Of a DNA stretch of 64,000 nt, positions 41,212-54,372 are shown piece after piece. This DNA is from Sedimentisphaerales bacterium. GTDB taxonomy: Bacteria; Planctomycetota; Phycisphaerae; Sedimentisphaerales; SM23-30. Positions within the stretch are counted from its first letter, which is position 1. Each line of letters opens with the position of its first letter. Below the pieces are notes generated by a model. The model saw nothing but the letters and a program-made list of their open reading frames with translations. It was not told where the DNA came from and searched no databases. A program made the position numbers and the translations under genes. The DNA lies in contig CAXXMR010000009.1 of the NCBI GenBank assembly GCA_963663805.2, forward strand, positions 480,001 through 544,000, read 5' to 3'.

Positions 41212-42699
41212 GTGCTTACAGTGGAGCATTATGAGATTATCAGACGTAAAGTTCGTGATGGGATATCGCAACGTGAGGTTGCCCTGGAGCTGGGGCATTC
41301 GCGTAACACGGTGGCCAAGGCCCTGAAAAATCCGATTCCGCCGGGCTATCGGCTCAGTCAGCCGCGGGTCAAGGCTGTCATGGATCCCTTCGCGCACATT
41401 ATTGACACCTGGCTGGAATCTGACAAAAAGGTTCGGCGTAAGCAGCGGATGCAGGCGACCAAAATGTATCAGCGGCTTTGTGACGAGTATGGTTTCACCG
41501 GTCATTACAGCACTGTCCAGCGGTATATCAAGGAAGCGAGTAATCGCCAAAAAGAAGCTTACCTGCCGTTAGCGTTTGAGTTTGGCGAAGAAGCCCAGGT
41601 TGACTGGCATGAAGCTAACATTAAAGAAAACGGCAGGGAGAAGAAGGTCTACGTTTTTTGCATGAAGCTGTGCTGTTCTAAGGCTCCTTTTGTTTGTGCT
41701 TACGAGAGCATGAAGATCGAATGTTTTCTTGACGGCCATGTCCGGGCGTTTGAATATTTCGGCGGCGTGCCCAAACGCATTGCTTACGACAATTTAAAAA
41801 CTGCGGTTCTAAAGGTTCTCAAAAAAGGCAAGCGTCGGCTCAACCGCAAATTCGTAGAGCTTAAGAGTTGGTATTTGTTTGACACTCGTTTTTGCAATGT
41901 CGCTAAAGGTAATGAAAAAGGCGATGTCGAGAATCTCGCCAAGCGAAGTGAAAGGCAGTTCTTCTCTCCGGTTCCGAGAGTTACCGATATGGCTCAGCTG
42001 AATGAGATGCTGATTGCTCAGTGTATCAAAGAACTGGATCGCCAGGGCCCTGCACCTCATACGAATAAAACCATTGGCGATTTATTTGCGGAAGAGAAAA
42101 CACATTTATACGAACTGCCTGAGCAGAAGTTTGAAGCCTGTCGTCGAATATCCACCTTTGCGGACAAACAGCTTACAGTACGGGTTGATACTAACCGGTA
42201 TTCGGTGCCGACGGAGTATGCCTATCAATCTTGCCAGGTCAAGGTATTCGTTGACCGGGTTGACCTGTTCTATAAAAATGAGCTGGTTGCCTCGCATTCC
42301 AGATGTTACGATAAAGACCAGTATATCCTGGATCCGCTGCATTATATCAAACTTTTAGAGCGTAAGCCCGGTTCGCTGGATAATGCTCGGCCATTCAAGG
42401 GCCAGCCCTGGGGCGAAGATTTCACCTTGATGCGAACAGAGCTTGAATATCGATACGGCAGTGAAGGGACCGGTAAATACATCAACATCCTGCTGCTCTT
42501 TATCAGGCATCCGCAAAAAGAAGTTGAACATGCCGTTGGTGTTTGTGTCAAGTGCCGGGCGTTCAGCGATGAAGCGGTGGAAAGCTTTTTACGTAACGGC
42601 TCACAATTGAACCTTGCCGGCAATCAAGTCCTGGTAAACCAAGGCGATGGCAAACGCAATCTCGATGTTTATAACCAGTTGGCCGGGGAGGTAGCATGA
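41212..42699 (+). CDS. istA: IS21 transposase IstA
   Basis: HTH, AQVDW, YDNLKTAV, EKGDVEN. Confidence 0.95.
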   Translation: MLTVEHYEIIRRKVRDGISQREVALELGHSRNTVAKALKNPIPPGYRLSQPRVKAVMDPFAHIIDTWLESDKKVRRKQRMQATKMYQRLCDEYGFTGHYSTVQRYIKEASNRQKEAYLPLAFEFGEEAQVDWHEANIKENGREKKVYVFCMKLCCSKAPFVCAYESMKIECFLDGHVRAFEYFGGVPKRIAYDNLKTAVLKVLKKGKRRLNRKFVELKSWYLFDTRFCNVAKGNEKGDVENLAKRSERQFFSPVPRVTDMAQLNEMLIAQCIKELDRQGPAPHTNKTIGDLFAEEKTHLYELPEQKFEACRRISTFADKQLTVRVDTNRYSVPTEYAYQSCQVKVFVDRVDLFYKNELVASHSRCYDKDQYILDPLHYIKLLERKPGSLDNARPFKGQPWGEDFTLMRTELEYRYGSEGTGKYINILLLFIRHPQKEVEHAVGVCVKCRAFSDEAVESFLRNGSQLNLAGNQVLVNQGDGKRNLDVYNQLAGEVA

Positions 42700-43462
42700 A
42701 AGATCAAATGGTTTTATTAAAAAGCTATCTCAAGACCCTGAAGCTTCCGACAATTCAAAAAGAGTATCAGACAATTGCCCGGGCATCCGCCCAGGCAAAC
42801 GAATCCTATGAAAGTTACCTGCAAAGACTGGCCGAAATCGAAGTCTTTCATCGACAGTCGCAGGCCATCGCCAGGAGATTGAAACAGGCAAACTTCCCCA
42901 TGACTAAGGAACTTGAAAGTTTTGATTTTATGGCCGTGCCGCAGATAAATAAAAAACAGATTATCGACCTTTCGATGTGCGGCTTTATCGACCGCCGCAG
43001 TAATATCGTCTTTACCGGCCCGCCGGGCGTGGGTAAAAAGTCATCTGGCCATCGCCCTCGGCCGGGAAGCCTGCCGACGAGGTTATAAAGTGCGGTTTTT
43101 TACCGCTGCTGAACTGGTTAATACGTATCTCGAAGCCCGACAGGAAAGAGCGGTGTTGAAATTAGAGAGCTATATAAAAAAAATGCGACCTGATCATCAT
43201 CGATGAACTGGGCTATGTCCCGTTCGACCGTATCGGAGCGGAACATCTGTTCGGCTTTTTCAGCCAGTGCTATGAACAAACCAGCCTGATCGTAACAACG
43301 AATCTGCCATTCGCCGATTGGCCCCAGGTCTTTGGCGATGATGAAAGATTAGCCGGTGCTCTGCTGGACCGACTGACCCACCATGTGAGCGTGGTCGAAA
43401 TCATAACCGACAGCTGGCGACTTAACCAGAGTTTAGAGAAAAAACGGAAAAAAGAAGGCTAA
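42696..43462 (+). CDS. istB: IS21 helper ATPase IstB (two apparent +1 A-run frameshifts)
   Basis: GPPGVGK(S)HLA, LIIIDELGY, TTNLPF, LLDRLTHH reassembled across A5 43035-39 and A8 43176-83. Confidence 0.88.
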
Positions 43463-43586
43463 GAAAGCCTCAATCCAACGAAAAAGGACCAGAATCCCTA
43501 TTGACAACGCCGAAATCGGCGTTATTTTACTAACCTAAGTGGCTCAGATTTCGATGCAAATCTGGCTCCATTTTCAATACTAATCA

Positions 43587-44052
43587 CCACCAAAGATTCC
43601 TTCTTGCATTTCAGGCCGTAACTGTTCAGCACATTGTGAATCTTGTTAATCAAAGCGGTTCGCTGTTTGACCAATTTATCACGCGTTACGGCCAATGAAT
43701 GTAATTGTGCGTTTTCTTTAGTCTTCATTCTTGATTCCGGCAGCATATCCTTACTCAAAAAATAGGCTAAGGTTTTGGCGTCATTTTTGTCGGTTTTCTT
43801 CACCGATTTGCGAACAACCTCAAACTGGTACGGGTTTACAACGACAACCTTCTTAACCCGATCCGCAACCTGCTCGCTAAACCACAAAGTATTGCCGGTT
43901 GCCTCAACAGCCAGCAAATCATCTTTACGTAAGGTTTTCAGAAAACGATCGATACGAACAATTGAGTATTCATTGATGGCTTCCTTGCCTTGTTTAGTTC
44001 TCCTGCAAACTGTAAAACTGTTGGTGTGTAAATCAACGCCTAAATAACTCAT
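43587..44052 (-). pseudogene. IS110-family recombinase, N-terminal DEDD RuvC domain only (cut by IS21)
   Basis: YLGVDLH, AVEATG, KTDKNDA; about 155 codons, C-terminal Ser domain absent. Confidence 0.9.
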
Positions 44053-44079
44053 ACGTGTCTCCGAAAAAAAAGGTTTCCC

Positions 44080-44235
44080 GGAGCAGACCTAACAATGTCG
44101 GTGTCCACCAAACTCCTATTCAAGGTCGTAATGCCTTATGATGGCGATTTGGTTATGGGTCTGATTAATCTCCTTTACGAGGTCACAATGCCTCAAGCTT
44201 ACTATGCAGCCTATAACCTATTCTGCTCCAGCTAA
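44080..44235 (-). ncRNA. putative IS110 bridge RNA (two guide loops)
   Basis: TATAAT at 44249-44244; closing stem GGAGCAGA/TCTGCTCC; two 25-nt modules with the same scaffold. Confidence 0.7.
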
Positions 44236-44275
44236 TCCCGACGATTATAACCGAAGCTAAACACCAACGCATACT

Positions 44276-44436
44276 GTTGAGCTGATTGTTCGGATAGCCT
44301 TGAATTCAGCTTGTCATTCTCGGCAAAACAGTTTGGGCTGGCGGGCAAATTGGGGCAGCCGGGGGGCAATTTCCCGCCAGGGGGCCCCGGGCTGTTTTGC
44401 CGAGTTAAATTCGCTGAATTTCGACACCAGCTAACG
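44276..44436. repeat. long imperfect palindrome (REP/MITE-like)
   Basis: Arms AATTCAGC/GCTGAATT, CTCGGCAAAACAG/CTGTTTTGCCGAG, CTGGCGGG-AAATTG/CAATTT-CCCGCCAG. Confidence 0.75.
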
Positions 44437-44469
44437 CTTAAAATCCGTATCAGCTTTTATCGTACCATC

Positions 44470-44933
44470 TCCTTTGCTCTGCGAGCGTTACCTCGCTTCA
44501 TCGCTCATACGAACCCATCCGCCACCCTCTCGCCTTCGGCTGATTTCCTTATGAAAGTTATACAGCTTACCTTGCTCCATTGATTTCTCGATGGGACGAG
44601 GAGAGTTTCGCCAGTTGCTTAGCGTGTCCTTGTCGCCGTGCCGTCGCTGCTACCTCGCCGGAGGAATTTGACGCTTCAATCAGTATGCGGCAAATCCTGC
44701 TGTCTTCGACACCAAGCAACGGTCTCGACCTCCGGGATTATCCGTTTCGAGGCTACACCTACGTCCACACATGTTACGGCCCGGTGACTCGCTTACCATC
44801 CCTTACGATGGCTTTGTCAATGGGCTTCAGGTCATTTGATTTCTCTCCTTCCTGCCATTCAAGCTAAAGAACTCTGATTTTTATTCTTGAGGGACTAACT
44901 CCCTCTGAACACGCCAGCCTTAGCTGGTCGCAC
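44470..44933 (-). mobile_element. 5' fragment of a group II intron (domains I-III only)
   Basis: Starts GTGCGACCAGCTAAGGCTGGCGTGTTCAGAGGGAGTTAGTCCCTC; DIII-like GATGGGTTC..GCGATGAAGCGAGGTAACGCTCGCAGAGCAAAGG; no RT ORF, DV or DVI follows. Confidence 0.8.
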
Positions 44934-44961
44934 TACTTGGCCGGAAGGTTACCAAGAAAAC

Positions 44962-50148
<5,187 letters not shown>

Positions 50149-50168
50149 TCACTTCTTTTCAAAACATC

Positions 50169-52184
50169 CTAAATAATGCGGTGGCCGTCCACATTACCGT
50201 AATCGATAGTGTATTCGCGACCATCTTTCAGCTTTATTTTAACGCCGCAGGCGTTTCCTGACGGCGCCCAGGGCAGGACTTCCCAACTTTCAATGGGCAT
50301 CAATTCGTCATTGGTCCACTGTTCATTATCCAAACGATGAAGCATAACAGTGATGAATACTTCCATTCCGGAATAATCTTTTTCGCGAATGCGCTCGGCG
50401 TAGATTACCGTGCTTTCATTTGTTTCGGGGTTCAGGCCTACATGATGGGCAGAATCAAGTTTTTCCCAGCCGCACACAGCAAGCAGCATGGCCTGGCGGT
50501 CTTCGATAGCGGCGGATATGGCCTGATACCCGTCAATTTCGAAAGATTTAACTTTGGCTTTTTTGCCATTTACGTGCGGCAAGGCAAAATGGCCTAATTG
50601 TAATTCATTGCGATAAGGTACGCGAAGACGGTCGATACGTATCACACCATAAGGCAGAGAAACATCAACGAGGTCTAGTCGTTCCGGACCGCGATTAACT
50701 CCACCCTTATTGGGGTCACCCAGACCTACAGGTTGGGTATTCTGCACCCGATAAAGTAAACCATCCTGAAATTTATTGAATGCAATATTCAAAGGAATGC
50801 GAAAATCACCACCAATATCATATTCGCGGATAGAATAACTGGCTGCGTTGGTTCCTTCCGGCGACTCTGATTCCGGGCAAAAATGCGTGTTAAATTGCAG
50901 TTGATTATAATATGTATCGTGGATAAATACTTTTCCGGATCGCAATTCGGTTGTTCCGGTCTTGCCGTAATTTGCCACCTGCATTCCAGGGCCGGGAAGT
51001 TCGATCAATTCTGTTTTGTCATCAATATCGGTCCAGAATCCCTCGTTTTCCTGTGCCGTCCAAAATGGACTACTTGAAGGCAAAGTAAGAGCCACAAATA
51101 CCTTCGCCATCCAGAAAGGACTGGCCCCGCAACTGTAAAACTGTACCAGCGGCTCAAACGGGCCGTAATAACCAAGACAAGGCACACCATTGACGAACAG
51201 TTCGTCACAAGTAACAAATTGAAGTATATTGCTGGAGGCGATACGACGGGCAAAACCAGGGTCCAGTATCGGATTATTCATCAGGAAATGGGCACCGAAA
51301 GCTGTCGATGCCGCAAAACGATAAATAATACTGCGGCCCCACATAAGCTGCCGGCCATCCCTGGCGAAGAATCGCGGCCAGTTTTCGACAAAATCACGAT
51401 TTCTTTTTTCGATAATCGCGGCAATTTCCGGTTCATGCTCATAAGCATACCATCTACACCAGAGCGGCGTATAAAAATGGAATCCCCATGCGTTATAGTA
51501 ATCGTAGTTGGTGTCGTCGATATACCAGCCGTCACCCACATAACTGCTCATCAAATGCTGGATATGGTCTTTCATAACGGTTTCATCTATCGCATAACCG
51601 TTTATTTTCAGAAAAGTCAGCATGAGCACATTGAAGAATCGCCAATTATGGCCAATAGTAAGATTATGGGCATAATCGGAAAGCAAGTCGGCAACCTGCT
51701 GCTGCTGACGTGGAGTGAATTTGTCCCATATTTGCTCACAACTGTTCATCAGGTTGATTACCAAAGCGGCCCCCTCGACAGTTTGCTGATACTGCATTCG
51801 ACCGTTCACTTTAGTAAAATCAGTAATCCTCCCCCAATAAAGTGGTGAATTCGGGTCCGTGCCCATTAGAATCTGATTTGCATAATAATCACGCAAATTC
51901 AGACCGTTACTTTGGGCATCAGGGTTTTCCATAAATACCGGCAAGGCCGCCATCATGGTGCGCATCAACCCTTCAAACTCAGCCACACGAAAACGATGTT
52001 CAGGGTCGCCGGGCTGAGGGTAGCAGATTTTATTTGGTTTGGGTATCGAGATTGGTTTGTCTATGTCGTTTACATATTGAAATACACCGTCAACCAAAAA
52101 TTGGGCGACTTCCAACCAATGCGATCTTGTCATTCCTGTCAGCGGACTAAGTTGCGAATCCGGGTTACGTACCACAAATGCCAT
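50169..52184 (-). CDS. DUF2264-family protein
   Basis: SPLTGMTRSHW, FEGLMRT, YVGDGWYID, WGRSIIYRFA, YSCGASPFW. Confidence 0.85.
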   Translation of the reverse strand: MAFVVRNPDSQLSPLTGMTRSHWLEVAQFLVDGVFQYVNDIDKPISIPKPNKICYPQPGDPEHRFRVAEFEGLMRTMMAALPVFMENPDAQSNGLNLRDYYANQILMGTDPNSPLYWGRITDFTKVNGRMQYQQTVEGAALVINLMNSCEQIWDKFTPRQQQQVADLLSDYAHNLTIGHNWRFFNVLMLTFLKINGYAIDETVMKDHIQHLMSSYVGDGWYIDDTNYDYYNAWGFHFYTPLWCRWYAYEHEPEIAAIIEKRNRDFVENWPRFFARDGRQLMWGRSIIYRFAASTAFGAHFLMNNPILDPGFARRIASSNILQFVTCDELFVNGVPCLGYYGPFEPLVQFYSCGASPFWMAKVFVALTLPSSSPFWTAQENEGFWTDIDDKTELIELPGPGMQVANYGKTGTTELRSGKVFIHDTYYNQLQFNTHFCPESESPEGTNAASYSIREYDIGGDFRIPLNIAFNKFQDGLLYRVQNTQPVGLGDPNKGGVNRGPERLDLVDVSLPYGVIRIDRLRVPYRNELQLGHFALPHVNGKKAKVKSFEIDGYQAISAAIEDRQAMLLAVCGWEKLDSAHHVGLNPETNESTVIYAERIREKDYSGMEVFITVMLHRLDNEQWTNDELMPIESWEVLPWAPSGNACGVKIKLKDGREYTIDYGNVDGHRII

Positions 52185-52187
52185 ATT

Positions 52188-54371
52188 TTATCCTATGTTT
52201 ACTACCATATAGAAGAAACCAACTATTCCAAATGCCACAGCCAAAGCTACCAGGAATCCTACGGTATCTACTTTGTCCCATTTACAACATTCCCAGTTTG
52301 ATTCAGGGAACATTTTGAGATGGTCAAATCGTTGAGGATTCTCATACGACAACTGCAATTGGCGTTCATCTTCTTGCCGGTCCGAATGAACCTGGGTTTT
52401 CATTTTTACAAAAAATCTGTCCAGAGCTTCCTTGTTGTCAGGTTTTGTCAAGCGGCTGACCAGAATGATGACAATAAACGGAAATATCATTCGTATCAGA
52501 ATGCGAAAAGTTTCATTGAGTGCATAGGGATTGCGTGAAAGATCAAACCCCATCCTATCTAACAATAAAAGTTCTATATTCAACATCCCCTGGCCCTTTA
52601 GCTGCTGATTTTTATCATTCGCTATGCCCTGGGTCCAGAAGACAGATTTTTCCGGCTGGGCATATTTCAAGGTAAACTTCTGACCGGCTTCTAAAGTTTC
52701 CGGTCGAGGTGTCTGAGCCAATCCCTGAGCTTCAAGACTGTCCCATTCCGCTATCATTTGATTTCTTTTTTCAATATCCATATCACGTGCGGTGTATTCT
52801 CTTTCAACTACGTGAGGTTGTGTTGTATTCAAAAGATAAGGATGGATTTTCAGGCTAGGTGCCAACGTGGGTGCCATGATAGGAATCACAAAGAAAATGA
52901 AGAGAGTTGTTAATACCGCGGCCCAGGCGCCCTTCTTATTGGTAGTACGCCAGAGAATACCGAGTATGAATGGAGCGGCGAAAATAACACCGAATTCCCA
53001 TACAATTTTCATCTGGCTGAGCAGGCTTTTGAAACTCAACGCCAGAATCGCCCCACCAATGATTACCACTGCACCGAACAAACGCCCCATGACCACATAG
53101 TGTTTTTCGTCTTTTTTGGGGAATAGCGGCCGGTAGAGATTATGGGTCAGCAGGCTTGACGCCGTTATCATCAGACAGTCAGCGGTAGACATCAGGGCCG
53201 CCAGCAAGCAGGCCAGCATAAGTCCGACCAGTCCGATATGCCAGGAACCAAGTAAATCTCTGGAGGCGTAACCCCAAACCATATCCGGGTCATTAATTTT
53301 GTCGCTATATAAAAGCACTGCAAACAGTGCGACTACACCCCATAAAACCGTGCAAATCCGTTTGAGATATAGCCCCACGGTAAATCCAAAACGGGATTCA
53401 TATTCACCCTTGGCAGAACCGGTAGCGGTTAGCTGGTTGGCCTGCTGCATAACATTCAAGGTTATCATTGCCATTACGGTAGCGACGTAATACCAGGTGA
53501 AATCTATGTTGGTAGGTGAACCGAAAATCTCAAAAAACGATTCGGGAAGTTTGTCATGAAGTACCCGGAAAGGATTCATAAAACCACTTCCGCCGTAAAT
53601 CTGATTTACTCGTATCAACGCAAATGGAATCAAGATAACCGAGAGCAGAATAATTCCCATACCCTGTAAGGTATCCGTCAAAAAGGCAGCTTCAAGTCCG
53701 CCGGCTACCGCATATACAAGTACTACAAGACACACAATCAAGATAAGTACATTTTTATTGATATGGCTGAAAACTTTTCGGGGCTCTTCAAGCCTTAACC
53801 TGTTTAATTTTTCTTTCTCGACGTCTGTCAGTGTTTCGTAATCGCTTTTTTCCAGCTTTTCCAGATCCAGGGCGAACTGGTATTCCTGCTGCTCCACGGC
53901 GGTCAACTGATCCTGAGTCTTGGGAGTAAGAACGAGCGTGGTTTTACCAATAGCGTTAAAGGCAAGGGATAACACCAACATGAAAAATATGGTTTGGACT
54001 ATCGAGTAAACCCCGCTAAGTAATTTGGACTGATAACGTTCTTCAAAATAATCTCCCAATGTCAGAACCCGCATTCGGCGATACCAGACACTGGACATCC
54101 AGTAAATCGGGGTCGCGAATAAAATGTTCAAGGTACTCCAAATACCCGCAGCCCCGTTTTTGAACGTAGTTGTGGAAACGCCGATAGCACTGTCGGTACT
54201 GGTCGCCTGACCAAAAGCGGCAAAAGTCTGGATGAATTTGCCGAATTTGCGGCCGGCCAGAAAATAATCCTCTTGATTGCTAATTCGCCTCATCGCCCAG
54301 AAGCCAACGGCTATAACGATGAGAAAATACCCTGCGATCACCACGATGTCTGCGATATCAAGTCCAAACAT
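52188..54371 (-). CDS. sodium:solute symporter
   Basis: DYFLAGR, GGLEAAFLTD, LLAALMST. Confidence 0.9.
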   Translation of the reverse strand: MFGLDIADIVVIAGYFLIVIAVGFWAMRRISNQEDYFLAGRKFGKFIQTFAAFGQATSTDSAIGVSTTTFKNGAAGIWSTLNILFATPIYWMSSVWYRRMRVLTLGDYFEERYQSKLLSGVYSIVQTIFFMLVLSLAFNAIGKTTLVLTPKTQDQLTAVEQQEYQFALDLEKLEKSDYETLTDVEKEKLNRLRLEEPRKVFSHINKNVLILIVCLVVLVYAVAGGLEAAFLTDTLQGMGIILLSVILIPFALIRVNQIYGGSGFMNPFRVLHDKLPESFFEIFGSPTNIDFTWYYVATVMAMITLNVMQQANQLTATGSAKGEYESRFGFTVGLYLKRICTVLWGVVALFAVLLYSDKINDPDMVWGYASRDLLGSWHIGLVGLMLACLLAALMSTADCLMITASSLLTHNLYRPLFPKKDEKHYVVMGRLFGAVVIIGGAILALSFKSLLSQMKIVWEFGVIFAAPFILGILWRTTNKKGAWAAVLTTLFIFFVIPIMAPTLAPSLKIHPYLLNTTQPHVVEREYTARDMDIEKRNQMIAEWDSLEAQGLAQTPRPETLEAGQKFTLKYAQPEKSVFWTQGIANDKNQQLKGQGMLNIELLLLDRMGFDLSRNPYALNETFRILIRMIFPFIVIILVSRLTKPDNKEALDRFFVKMKTQVHSDRQEDERQLQLSYENPQRFDHLKMFPESNWECCKWDKVDTVGFLVALAVAFGIVGFFYMVVNIG

Positions 54372-54372
54372 A

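Larger units (their letters stand above)
41079..43586 (+). mobile_element. IS21-family insertion sequence
   Basis: IRs TGATTAGCATTGAAAATGGAGCCAGATTTGC / GCAAATCTGGCTCCATTTTCAATACTAATCA plus internal second repeats; no flanking direct repeat. Confidence 0.93.

Noticed and set aside
41002..41550. 182-aa minus ORF spanning the IS21 left end
   Set aside because: An artefactual fusion of istA antisense sequence with the Kelch fragment.
44276..44450. Palindrome as an integron attC site
   Set aside because: It has an L-box-like extra G, but no properly spaced RYYYAAC/GTTRRRY pair on either strand, and no integrase or cassette array.
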